A stretch of DNA of 64,000 nucleotides from a virus (taxonomy: Duplodnaviria; Caudoviricetes), in IMG/VR virus record IMGVR_UViG_3300037067_013225, positions 32,001 to 96,000 of that record, one strand, 5' to 3'. Shown here in pieces: positions 51,530 through 61,800 of this stretch. How positions within the stretch are numbered: the stretch's first letter is position 1; every line of letters begins with the position of its first letter. The notes under the pieces were generated by a model, which was not told the DNA's origin, did not search any database, and saw only the letters and a program-made list of their open reading frames with translations. The position numbers and the translations under genes are program-made.

Positions 51530-52202
51530 GAATATATTTTGCCCAACTACACATTGAAATTGGGTAAAGGGATTTCAAAATTTTATAGATTTCTTTAGCA
51601 TATTGACGGATTTCATATTGCGCATGATCGTCTAGGCGCAATTTTAAAAAGCGAATCCAATTGAATAAATTGGCACTGATATATGCTGAGGTATAAATAT
51701 TCACAGGCAACACACATCGCGCTAATTCTTTGGACGTACCCATATCAATTAGCGTTTGATACGAGGATAGAGCCTCGTTAGAGGCAGCAATTAGTAATTC
51801 ACGAGCACCATGCGCCACCGATGCGTCTTTGATTGCGCCTTGGGCTTGTATGGAGGTCTTAGACTGCTCTATTTGTAGGCGTTCCAGAGTGGGGATGTAG
51901 AATTCGTTCCAGATTTTCGAAGAAAATCTACCACTAACGAAATTGAAACTCTGAGTTCTGTGCCTGGTCCACTGATTTGCTACAAAAAGCGGCATTTTGA
52001 CGCGGAAAGTAACAAAGCACTGCTCAAATGGACCGGAATGCATGTTTGCGGCCAAATATTCCAATAATTGTTCATCCTTGGCTCTACTAAATTCGGTAGA
52101 TCGCCGTCCAGCCTCAACACTAACTCGTGCGGCATCACAAACTAACTCATCGCTGCCAACACACTGAATTAACTCTATAGATCCATGATCTAGAACATCC
52201 AT
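51477..52202 (-). CDS. thyX: FAD-dependent thymidylate synthase
   Basis: AARVS, HSGPFE, RHRTQSFNFVSGR, ELARCVLP, LRLDDHAQYEIR. Confidence 0.95.
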   Translation of the reverse strand: MDVLDHGSIELIQCVGSDELVCDAARVSVEAGRRSTEFSRAKDEQLLEYLAANMHSGPFEQCFVTFRVKMPLFVANQWTRHRTQSFNFVSGRFSSKIWNEFYIPTLERLQIEQSKTSIQAQGAIKDASVAHGARELLIAASNEALSSYQTLIDMGTSKELARCVLPVNIYTSAYISANLFNWIRFLKLRLDDHAQYEIRQYAKEIYKILKSLYPISMCSWAKYIHEENISNHNCIGIPSPS

Positions 52203-52205
52203 ATA

Positions 52206-52505
52206 TCATCCCCACAAAAATAACACTAGACGCGCAAATGGATTGCGTAATGTATTGTTGCTAGATAGTTTAAACCCCACATAGCAGACAATTTCTAGAG
52301 GGTTATTTCTATCTGCACGAACAATCATATCATATCCTTGTAATTCATTGCTACATTGATTATAATATACTTCCGTTCCACGCACAGATCCGACATGTAT
52401 TGCGTTTTTGGCGACGTCTTTGTAAAATAATTCCGGATCTTCACCAATATTAAATTTCGTCATTACCTTTTCTGCGCCATCGACGCACATGATTTTATAT
52501 TCCAT
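52206..52505 (-). CDS. hypothetical protein
   Basis: AAGGAG SD, 99 aa. Confidence 0.65.
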   Translation of the reverse strand: MEYKIMCVDGAEKVMTKFNIGEDPELFYKDVAKNAIHVGSVRGTEVYYNQCSNELQGYDMIVRADRNNPLEIVCYVGFKLSSNNTLRNPFARLVLFLWG

Positions 52506-52560
52506 TGTTTCTCCTTGGGTATAATATTTTGCTACCTACCGTTGCCCGCGAAAGCGGGCT

Positions 52561-53019
52561 TTAATTTAATTCCAGTTTGAAATTTTTGCCATCATAAGAT
52601 TGTTGCAAAGATATCCTTTTCACATTTAGCGGAGTATAATGTTCATCATTCCGCATAAATCTGATATATTTTGGAGCATTTTCTATAAATACGCATGTTT
52701 GATTATCTTTATCAAATTCAACGTAATAAAATAGCATTTCGATTCTAATAAATGGGTTGCTAATTGTTACTTCCGCTTCCTGCCGTGCCTGGAAACCGCG
52801 TACTCTTGGTTTGGTTTGGCAATCCCACATCTCCGCTAATTCCATCTTACTGTTAGCTACAGCGATATGAGGATATTGACGTTTGAGCCAAGCACGGATC
52901 TGCTCTCCATTAATAAGAAGCGCAGCACTTTCAGATGCCTCCATGGAAAGGGCTAGCGTTATATATTCCTCTTCGTCATAGAGAAAGCTAAATGTATATG
53001 GTGTTTTAACAACAGTCAT
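52561..53019 (-). CDS. hypothetical protein
   Basis: GGAGG SD before MTVVKTP. Confidence 0.65.
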   Translation of the reverse strand: MTVVKTPYTFSFLYDEEEYITLALSMEASESAALLINGEQIRAWLKRQYPHIAVANSKMELAEMWDCQTKPRVRGFQARQEAEVTISNPFIRIEMLFYYVEFDKDNQTCVFIENAPKYIRFMRNDEHYTPLNVKRISLQQSYDGKNFKLELN

Positions 53020-53040
53020 GTGTTCCTCCGAGAATAACCA

Positions 53041-53069
53041 ATTATACCACGCGCGCTCCAAAAAGTCAA
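53041..53069 (-). promoter_or_regulatory. sigma70-type promoter
   Basis: TTGACT-17-TATAAT on minus strand. Confidence 0.8.
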
Positions 53070-53089
53070 GGTGTGGGTATGATATTCGC

Positions 53090-53245
53090 GTGGCAAAAGA
53101 AATACGGATTTGTTATGCGAAGTCAAGTAGAGCCTGGGTGTGGGAAATCTGGGACGATGAAAGTCTACTGGATGAGGGGCTGGAGGACGAAATAACTGAT
53201 GCCTTTGAAGCCGCCAGGTTTGTTCTAGAGAACGATGATGACTGA
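53090..53245 (+). CDS. small acidic protein
   Basis: GTG 6 nt after GGG-TATGAT (53075-53083). Confidence 0.5.
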   Translation: MAKEIRICYAKSSRAWVWEIWDDESLLDEGLEDEITDAFEAARFVLENDDD

Positions 53246-53744
53246 CAAACTTCTTGTTTCATCGATTCCAACAAGAGAATGGAGCTATGCGGATATTCTC
53301 AAGTGGTTGTTTGAGATACGTAGGTCTTGGAATATAAATAATGTTGTCGCAACCACACCGGAACAACTAAGAGATAAGTTAAAAAAGACTGAAGTTCTAG
53401 CTTATATTTATGAGCATTTTTACACAGCAGAACAAATTAAATTAGCAGAGCTAGAGGCTCTACCAAGATACGATTGTTACGATATAATGTATGTAGGGTC
53501 TGATGGCGTTATTAAGATTACTCATAACGGACAGTATGCTATTTTCGCCAAAGGCGTCCTGTATACTTTTTACGATGTTCATGACCCGTTAGTGCAAGAA
53601 ATACTAATCAATTATGTTGATCAATTTACGATATCGGGGCGTAATTATTATTCATACGAAAGTAATCTTATCGATATGAAACACAAAATGCATTTTAAAG
53701 AAAAAGATAAGATATCATCGGATCGATTTTTCCAGGTATATTAG
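53235..53744 (+). CDS. hypothetical protein
   Basis: 169-aa ORF. Confidence 0.65.
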   Translation: MMTDKLLVSSIPTREWSYADILKWLFEIRRSWNINNVVATTPEQLRDKLKKTEVLAYIYEHFYTAEQIKLAELEALPRYDCYDIMYVGSDGVIKITHNGQYAIFAKGVLYTFYDVHDPLVQEILINYVDQFTISGRNYYSYESNLIDMKHKMHFKEKDKISSDRFFQVY

Positions 53745-53751
53745 GAGACAT

Positions 53752-54141
53752 ATGGTAGAGCAACGGCAATGCCGTAAATGTAATACGTTTCGTCCAGTGA
53801 CCGATTTTTATGGAAATGCTCCGATTTGCAAATATTGCAACAGGAATAAAGCCAAAGATCGCCGTGTACAATCCAGAACCACAAATCTTAAACGGGTGCT
53901 GGAATATTTGTTAGCTCATCCATGCGTTGATTGTGGCGAAAAAGATCCCGTTGTTTTAGAATTCGATCATATTCGCGGTGAAAAACGATTTACTATCGGG
54001 AGCCATTTATGGTTTCCGTGGAATAAGATTAAATCCGAAATAGATAAATGTGATGTTAGATGTTCCAACTGTCATAAGCGTCGTCACGCTAGAGAAAATT
54101 GCACATCTATGTTCAAATTAAGCAACGGATATAAAGACTAG
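53752..54141 (+). CDS. HNH endonuclease
   Basis: PCVDCGEKDPVVLEFDH..KCDVRCSNCHKRRH. Confidence 0.85.
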   Translation: MVEQRQCRKCNTFRPVTDFYGNAPICKYCNRNKAKDRRVQSRTTNLKRVLEYLLAHPCVDCGEKDPVVLEFDHIRGEKRFTIGSHLWFPWNKIKSEIDKCDVRCSNCHKRRHARENCTSMFKLSNGYKD

Positions 54142-55079
54142 ATATCTATTTCATATTTGGCGAAAGTTTGTTCGTTTGGATTTGCGTCGGGTCTCATTTT
54201 ATTAAATCGTGGATGTCTTATGGTCCCAGATTTAAACATCTCTTGTCCCGATATTTCACACACTTCGCCGATATATTTTCGTGTATTTAGATCTTTGTAA
54301 AATGTATGACGGTATTCGTCCGTTAATCCGCCACAACTACAACAATGACATAAATTTCCATTGCGATCAAAAAGACCAAGTTCTAACGTCGCGATGCCAT
54401 TACCTAGGAATTTTTTAGATGTACTTGCGGTGTAATCCATTATAACGAAATCCCATGTTTCTACGGCTTTCATTTTTGCCCATGATAAGTGGTGGTATAA
54501 ACCGCATTGAGCTTTTACGATAATACCCTCTGCACCATCTTGTCTGGCAATTTCGAAGGCCATTTGCGAATTATCGGCTCTTATTGTTGGGCATAGTTTG
54601 ACAAATGGATCATCTATGGCTAGCGATTCTAGAAGAAATCTTCTTTCCGAATATGGATGTTTTCTTAAATCTATGATATCAAGATTTCTATACTGTATGA
54701 TATCGAAAATATAATACTTGAGCGGAGCCGTTTGCTGTTGTAGTTCGATGGCTCGTTCTGGAGAGCTTCCAATGATCGAAGTTACCATATTGCTTCCGCC
54801 AAAATCAGACATCAATTCTCCGTCAAAAACGATATCTTTCCCCAAAGATTTCATAAAATTATTTAATTGTGGGCAATGTTGAATTTTATCCAGCATTTTA
54901 TCGTTATAGACAGATCGCCTACGTCCAGTTAGCCGAATATTATTATTGATTTTGGACAATATTTGCCTAGCGCCGTCTAGCTTCACTTCATATGAGCATA
55001 CACCCATTTTCTCCACTCTCTCAACTTTTCCTCCAACTGGGATCGGAGTGAAATCTAGTGGGTCTATCCATTCTGTCAT
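54138..55079 (-). CDS. ATP-dependent DNA ligase
   Basis: EVKLDG, FDGEL, IFDI, EGIIVK, RHPRF..RPD; ends KYEIDI*. Confidence 0.92.
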   Translation of the reverse strand: MTEWIDPLDFTPIPVGGKVERVEKMGVCSYEVKLDGARQILSKINNNIRLTGRRRSVYNDKMLDKIQHCPQLNNFMKSLGKDIVFDGELMSDFGGSNMVTSIIGSSPERAIELQQQTAPLKYYIFDIIQYRNLDIIDLRKHPYSERRFLLESLAIDDPFVKLCPTIRADNSQMAFEIARQDGAEGIIVKAQCGLYHHLSWAKMKAVETWDFVIMDYTASTSKKFLGNGIATLELGLFDRNGNLCHCCSCGGLTDEYRHTFYKDLNTRKYIGEVCEISGQEMFKSGTIRHPRFNKMRPDANPNEQTFAKYEIDI

Positions 55080-55382
55080 TTAAAAATCCACTTCCTTGAA
55101 ATCTTTGTAAGCGGAACAAAACCAATCCAAAGCCTCTACAAAAGAACCACATTCAATTACAGGTGTACAGTTATTCATTTCATCCCGATGATATCTATAT
55201 ATGGAACATTTTGGATTGCACTTTTTATCATAAAGTATATATTTATCAAACAAGATATATCCAAGATATTGTTCGCCCATAAATATGTTTGATTCGTGAT
55301 CTCTACCGTCAGCGCGATATTGTGTGCGAAAGGATCTGTAACGCGGTTCTTCATACGATATCATTTCGTAATCTGTATACAT
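55080..55382 (-). CDS. hypothetical protein with C-terminal VDF tag
   Basis: Ends KDFKEVDF*. Confidence 0.75.
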   Translation of the reverse strand: MYTDYEMISYEEPRYRSFRTQYRADGRDHESNIFMGEQYLGYILFDKYILYDKKCNPKCSIYRYHRDEMNNCTPVIECGSFVEALDWFCSAYKDFKEVDF

Positions 55383-55984
55383 TAGAAATCGATCTCCTGG
55401 AATTCTTTTAAATCAAAGTTTAGGGTAGCAATGGCGATATCAGTGAAGTTTATGCTCGGATTAACTTCCGCTGCATAATAAGCAGCATCAGCAGCAAGAA
55501 TAGTAGCGTTAGCATAAGCGGCACGAACAGCAGCATCAGCAGCCCAAACAACAGAATCATTAGTAGCACGGGCGGCAGTCCGAAGCTTGCTTGAGAGATC
55601 TCTTGCGGTTTCGAAGCTTCGATCCGTTCCATTGATCCAGTTCTCCGCCCACGACACAAATATAGGTTCGTCACACACGGCTAGCGCGCATTGAATCGCA
55701 AACCAAATGCGCTGATTTGTAGAGAATTCCGGCACATAGGTCTCTCTTAAGAGTGTGAACTCACCGCTAGAGTGTAGAAAATCATTTCCTTTGCCAGATG
55801 CTTCGAAAATCTTAAAATGTTTGCCAGATGCTTCGAAAATCTTAAAATGGTCGAACGTATCATATGCGAGTTGCACAAGCACGGCTAGCTCCGGGCTGGC
55901 GTAAGCAAAACCGGAACGTGGTTTCCCGATTTCCCACAAACCATCATTGTGCATATTTTCGTCTGTGATCACGTACATGTTCAT
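55382..55984 (-). CDS. Ala-rich (Imm5-like) protein with IDF tag; paralog of 34271..34849
   Basis: Ends KEFQEIDF*; contains an in-frame 30-bp duplication. Confidence 0.75.
   Translation of the reverse strand: MNMYVITDENMHNDGLWEIGKPRSGFAYASPELAVLVQLAYDTFDHFKIFEASGKHFKIFEASGKGNDFLHSSGEFTLLRETYVPEFSTNQRIWFAIQCALAVCDEPIFVSWAENWINGTDRSFETARDLSSKLRTAARATNDSVVWAADAAVRAAYANATILAADAAYYAAEVNPSINFTDIAIATLNFDLKEFQEIDF
55790..55849. repeat. perfect 30-bp tandem duplication
   Basis: TTTGCCAGATGCTTCGAAAATCTTAAAATG twice (HFKIFEASGK twice). Confidence 0.95.
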
Positions 55985-56262
55985 CAGAAATCAATTTCCG
56001 TTAATTCGTATTCTTTACATTTTATTACCGGTATGCCCCATAATAGATGAGGTATCACTGACATTTTTTGGATTATCTCACATTGTTTTGGTTCCGCGTT
56101 TATTACGATTTGGGCGTTATTGTTCTGATTTTTTATAGAAAGAATTTGTGAACATATATTTGCGAATATTTCATTTGCGGTCATGCAAAGAGGATCAACA
56201 TACACCGTGTTTATACCGTCTGATACACCATCATCCAGCCTCGGCTCTAAGAAATTTTCCAT
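55984..56262 (-). CDS. hypothetical protein with C-terminal IDF tag
   Basis: Ends YELTEIDF*; start reassigned to MENFL, 7 nt after the -10. Confidence 0.72.
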   Translation of the reverse strand: MENFLEPRLDDGVSDGINTVYVDPLCMTANEIFANICSQILSIKNQNNNAQIVINAEPKQCEIIQKMSVIPHLLWGIPVIKCKEYELTEIDF

Positions 56263-56269
56263 CCGGGAC

Positions 56270-56298
56270 ACTATACCATATCTAAACGAGTTTGTCAA
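56270..56298 (-). promoter_or_regulatory. sigma70-type promoter
   Basis: TTGACA-17-TATAGT on minus strand. Confidence 0.8.
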
Positions 56299-56367
56299 GC
56301 GTTGGGGTAAGATGGGATTGTGAAAGATAACATTCTCAGAGATGGCAGGAAGTAAGGAGATTCTACA

Positions 56368-57096
56368 ATGACGTTAATTCCAATTGGTGCAACACTTGGG
56401 TTGCGGTTCGGAAATGATGCCGTAGTTTCAAGAACCGAAATAGAATATTGCACATTAGATCAGATTAAAACATATCTATGGAATCTAGATCTGGATCTAA
56501 AAGGGATCGATGGAGATCCCGAAGATGAAATAAAACGCACATTATCATCCGTAAAAGGGCAAGTAAACGGATGGTGTAAAAACGATTTCAACTATGTGCA
56601 ACGTAGCGAATGGCATGATGGTAGAGCGCAAGATACCATTGTATTGCGATATGCTCCCGTGGTCGATTTAGAATACGTTCGCGCATATAATATCGATTAC
56701 CAGCAATTTTATCAATACACCGGCGACGAAATGATTGTAAGAAATCGTACAGGAATGATTCAGTTCCCCCCGCTATACATTATGAGCAATCCTTATAGAG
56801 CCATCGGCGCATCTTTGAGCGGATTTACCTTTTTCCCCGGTAAAGCTAATATCCAGTTTTTATACACGAGTGGTTTTATGGATTCAGAAGTCCCGCCGGA
56901 GTTTTCAGATGCGGTGGCAAAATGGACGGCGGGACAAATACTGCGCCACGCGGAACTAAAACTCTTTGAAGGCATGCGGCAACGAATCGTCAACGGCACG
57001 CAAGAAACGGGCGGTGGATATAGTAAAATGGGTGATCAATATATCGAGGAGGCGAAGAAATCGCTCCTGCAATTTAGAAGGATCACAATTTGGTAA
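56368..57096 (+). CDS. head-tail adaptor/connector-like protein
   Basis: YCTLDQIK, LRYAPV, YTSGF..VPPE...AV pattern; AAGGAG SD. Confidence 0.7.
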   Translation: MTLIPIGATLGLRFGNDAVVSRTEIEYCTLDQIKTYLWNLDLDLKGIDGDPEDEIKRTLSSVKGQVNGWCKNDFNYVQRSEWHDGRAQDTIVLRYAPVVDLEYVRAYNIDYQQFYQYTGDEMIVRNRTGMIQFPPLYIMSNPYRAIGASLSGFTFFPGKANIQFLYTSGFMDSEVPPEFSDAVAKWTAGQILRHAELKLFEGMRQRIVNGTQETGGGYSKMGDQYIEEAKKSLLQFRRITIW

Positions 57097-57752
57097 AAGA
57101 AAAATATTGCGCTGGATGCGATAAGGTAAAGTCATATTCTGAATTTGGCGTGTGCCGTCGCAATACAACGGGTATTCAAAGTAGATGTCTCGAATGTCAA
57201 GCGGCATATCAGAAAAATCGCTGGGCCAGAATGACGCAGGAAGAGCGCAATATGGAATATGCCAAAAATAGAGACAGACAATTGCAATATTATAAGGACA
57301 GGCGCTTAAAGATGACGGAATGCGATTACGAGAGAGAACGAGCACAGGATCGAGCCTTATATTGGGCCAACCCTGAAAAGTTTCTCACCAAAGATCGTGT
57401 ATATTACCATGAGAATCGTGAAAAATCTATCTCTAGGGTTAGAAGATGGCAAAAGTGCAATCCCGACAAGGTTAAAATTTATTCTCAATTGGCCTACCAT
57501 CGTCGTCACGCACATGGTGGAATTAATTTTGATGATATAAGATATCTAATAGAATCGCAACCATTATGTCCGTATTGCAACGATCTCCTTACCGAAGATA
57601 ATCGCTCCATAGATCATATCGTACCTGTTGTTAAGGGCGGAACGAATGATTTGTATAATTTAACCTTGTGTTGCAAGCCGTGCAACTCCTCTAAGAATAA
57701 GAAAACACTATTATATTGGTTGAATATTAGATCTGATGCGATCACGAGATGA
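57090..57752 (+). CDS. HNH homing endonuclease
   Basis: CAGC..CLEC N-terminus, CPYC..SIDHIVPV.KGG.N..NL..CCKPCNSSK. Confidence 0.9.
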   Translation: MVKEKYCAGCDKVKSYSEFGVCRRNTTGIQSRCLECQAAYQKNRWARMTQEERNMEYAKNRDRQLQYYKDRRLKMTECDYERERAQDRALYWANPEKFLTKDRVYYHENREKSISRVRRWQKCNPDKVKIYSQLAYHRRHAHGGINFDDIRYLIESQPLCPYCNDLLTEDNRSIDHIVPVVKGGTNDLYNLTLCCKPCNSSKNKKTLLYWLNIRSDAITR

Positions 57753-58345
57753 ATATTTTTTCTTTCGGTATGAAATGCGCTACGACATCCATCGGAATGA
57801 TATTTGCCGTTCCGATATCGGACAGTGTAAGCGAACTCTCCACCATCCAAGGCTCTAAAATTACATCATTCGCAGCGCGTGTATATGATACTCGTGTGCA
57901 TGGTAGGAGATTGTTACGTTTATGTAATCGACGCGGTAAACCATGCTATTATTATTCCGCATATTATGTATCTCCGGATAGGAAAGATCCATATACTGGA
58001 ACGATAAATTTATCTGGAACATTAGTAGAGCGAGAGCTGAGCAGTGGGCGCATAGATTCGGAGTCGAATCCCCGTGTTGGATATATGCCGCCCGTGTTTA
58101 TGAAGATTTTGGAGCCAACATACAACACGCAACGTATTACTGATGAAAAAGGTGAATCTGCCGTGGAAGAGGCTATGGTGACGTTTCCTCCGGTATTTTT
58201 GCCGCGCCGTTGGGATCGTTTTAAAATCGGTGTATTTAATCATATCGTAGTAGAGGAACCAAAAGTAATGTACGATAATAAAGGGTTTGTCTTGGGATAT
58301 CTATTGCGTGTACGATCTCTAACGCCTGCCCTGATAGAATATTAA
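57749..58345 (+). CDS. putative head-closure/neck protein
   Basis: Position after adaptor; PRRWDRF beta-barrel-like C-terminus. Confidence 0.45.
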   Translation: MNIFSFGMKCATTSIGMIFAVPISDSVSELSTIQGSKITSFAARVYDTRVHGRRLLRLCNRRGKPCYYYSAYYVSPDRKDPYTGTINLSGTLVERELSSGRIDSESNPRVGYMPPVFMKILEPTYNTQRITDEKGESAVEEAMVTFPPVFLPRRWDRFKIGVFNHIVVEEPKVMYDNKGFVLGYLLRVRSLTPALIEY

Positions 58346-58890
58346 TGTTAGATTATAGTTTTTTGCACAGCTTTAACAACAATATTAGAACCGCTGCTGC
58401 CAGACAGAAGGTTAATGAGATCATTCGATCTGCCGAATTAAAGGCAAAATTTGATATTTATTTGCGGGGTAATAGATTTCGTACTACGGCATCCATGATA
58501 GCAGATAACACTCTACTAAAATTACGCAATATGATCTATTTCCACTATCAAGATACGGGAATCATGGCATACAAGATTCCAGATTTGGGTATCGAGGACG
58601 ATTTTTCTTTCGAATTTGTGGGAAATGAGGAATATGAGAGTCGGGTGTTCGATAAATTCTTTGAACGGGGTAGAATATATACGAGTCAGGATAAATCGAT
58701 TATCCCCACTCCGAGAGAAGAGGCACGCGGTGAAACCGGATTGCGTTTCCGTACATCCAAGGGTGAAACAATATTGGGTGATCCGTTTATTGATGAATTC
58801 ATTCAAGATGAAATGGCTTTAGGTTCTCAATTTTTGGCTTCAGCTTATGAATACGATGCACACATATTCCTTCAAATGGCGAGTTTATAA
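58345..58890 (+). CDS. putative neck/tail-completion protein
   Basis: Position; TAATG coupling. Confidence 0.4.
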   Translation: MLDYSFLHSFNNNIRTAAARQKVNEIIRSAELKAKFDIYLRGNRFRTTASMIADNTLLKLRNMIYFHYQDTGIMAYKIPDLGIEDDFSFEFVGNEEYESRVFDKFFERGRIYTSQDKSIIPTPREEARGETGLRFRTSKGETILGDPFIDEFIQDEMALGSQFLASAYEYDAHIFLQMASL

Positions 58891-58892
58891 AA

Positions 58893-61800
58893 ATGTTTGA
58901 GAAGGTTAACCTACAAACCGGCGCGAATATTTCTGCCTTATGTCTAAACAACATACAGAAATCGTTCGACATATATCTAATAAATCATCAACATGACGGC
59001 GTGGAAGCTCCGCTGATTGATGCAAGATATGTGGATACTGTCGGGTTAGACATCAACCCATTTAATCAGAGTCTCTATGATCATGCACATGACTATTCGA
59101 TACATTCTGCGCACACCGATACGTCAACCAATAATGCAGGTTCAGATAAATTAAGCGAATCCGATTATGTTGAGATCAATCTCATTGATGACTGCAATCA
59201 ATGGACGTTTAACGGATTGTATTGGGAAACATATGTTCGCTTGGGTGAAGCATACGGCGAACCATACATGGTTGAACTACAACCAGTATATGATGGTAGT
59301 TATAGCGATTTTTTCACCAATCTAAATCCAGGTTCTAATTTCGCGAATTTAGATGGTGTTGTTCCCCTAAACAACACCTTGTTAAATATTCATTTAGTAC
59401 CGTGTAATCTTACTTCCACGGGATTCAGTGTCCGCTTATATGCGATAGGTAAAGGGACTCGGCATCAATTAGTCTCTTATGATGAAACTTTGTTCGCCAA
59501 CAAACGCAATGTATATGTTGGCGAGGATATAGCTTTGCCCGTAGTGGGGAATCTTTCCGACGGCGAATTTGAGATCAACTATAAGGGTGGTTTCTCATAT
59601 CTGCCAAAATCTGGAACACTATCTATACGGGTCGATCTGATGCTGAATATTTCAGCAGCCGTTACTGCCAATCGTCGCGAACTTCTGACCGGTGATAGTG
59701 TACAAGCGTTGCCGTTTAATATTGGGCATAATGAATTTTATGCATTTTCCAGTTCTGTCGGTGCATCTTCTGGTATTAATAATGAAGAATTAAAACAATT
59801 GGGATATCTGACTGCGAAAGATATCGAAGTTGTATCGGATTATGGGCTAACTTATCTGGGCGAACAACAGCTAAGAAATATCTCTTTTGACGAGAATAAT
59901 CAAGTTTCCTACAAACAGCGCACATTCGATATCGTGGATCGTTTTAATCAGGAACTATATACGGATGATCTGATTATTCTTAAATCCGATCCATTAGCTA
60001 AAACGTTCATAGTTAATATTACAGAAACAGAGTTTACTCCAGGCTCCTTGGCTCTACAAAAAATACGTAAATTTAGCTTAGCTTTCGAAGATGTAGAGAT
60101 CATATCTAATAATGTTATTAAGGTTAAGGTTGCTGGTGGCAATCTCGTTCCACGTTTAGTTGATGGTTTCGGGAACATCGAATATAGTAATGTTTATCTA
60201 CAAGGTGCCTATGAGGTTGTGGATGATGAACACCTGATTGTTAAAAATGCCACATTTAACGGTATTTCTGCCAAAGATCTATATTATGAACCATCAGAAA
60301 ATGTCTACGTAACTATTGCTGAGGGTGATTCTGTTTATTTAGGTGATGAATCCCCTGTGTCGATTTTCTACGATGATCATAAAATATTGGCAGAAAATCT
60401 TCCCAATATGCCGTCATCTCATTTATTCAATGAAACCATTCAATACAAGACATTAGAAAGCAATATTGCGTCATATCCCAATCTTAGTGAACAATTTGAC
60501 AATTGGGATCAACAATATGCATATGCTAAGAAAAATGTTCGTGGTGCGTTATGCACGAGAATAAAGATCCGTCCCAAATTCTTTAGTATTTCTGAGGGTA
60601 CGACGTTTTTTATTCCTGGTGGCGTTTATATTCGTTTGAAGAAAAATATTATATTGATGAAAAAGGATATCATGACCAATTATGGTGGAACACAGGATCG
60701 TTTCATCATGGATGAGGGACTGAAAACCAACATCAATAAGGCTGAATGTTTCAAAACCCTAAACAGATTAACTTATCATAAACCGGATCAGGCGAGTCAT
60801 TTTTACACCTATTTGAAATATCCCCACATAGATGGCTCATATGAGGAAGCATACGCGGAGATATTTAACAATAACGTCATTAACTATTTAACGAATGATG
60901 TTTTAGATTTCACCAAAAATAGATATCTGGATCGTTATACAATCGGCAATAAATTTGATGGAGCATTCAGCACATATAATGCGTTATCTGGAACACTGAA
61001 ATCTTACCTAGATACCGTAACGAAACGGCGTGTTTATTATATTGAGAGTTTAGAGCCACCCTCTGATATGATTGTGTCTGGTGGCAATAATCCCGATATG
61101 GGGAGCCGTGTCCGAATATTGAGTTATAAGAACCGTCCACTGAATTATTTAGATTCATCCATTGAACCGCAAGATGTTGCGATGGTTTTTGATGATACCG
61201 ATACACCACCTTATGGGGCTTGCAACGATTTATTTCCGGTTTTTGGCACAGTTAAAAGTATTGTAGAACAATCAGACGGTATATGGAATATTAACTTATT
61301 TAGTCCCGCCGATGTAGACGGTGTGAATATTTTGTGGAGTGATGTCGTTTGTCTTAACGATATTCTCAATTCAACATTATTACCGGCAGATGCGGTGAGT
61401 TTAAATGGTGAACCTACATTCTTGTGGAAGAATCCGAAATCGCCCACTATAATTCAACGTGTGTATTGCTCCCTGTCTGGTACATCAACTACGAACAAAA
61501 TCCAAACATTGAACCATAAATATGGCGATATTCCATTTGGTCTGCAACTTTACGACGAAGACCCGACAGCAGATACAATTGAACATTATATGTACATAGG
61601 ATATAGCGTTCCATTCAATTATATAAAGTTTGTTATCGGAACGATACTTAGTGATCTTTTATTGCTTGGTTCCGGTGGCGTGGGGGATTTGGAATACGAG
61701 TATTTGAGTGCTGCCGGATGGTTGCCGATACAATTCCTATCTTACGATATGAACACCAATTGGGATGGCAAGGATTCGAATAGTATAGATTTCGTTGCCT

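Noticed and set aside
34271-55984. Diversity-generating retroelement template/variable repeat pair
   Set aside because: No reverse transcriptase in the window, both copies are full genes and differences are not confined to adenines
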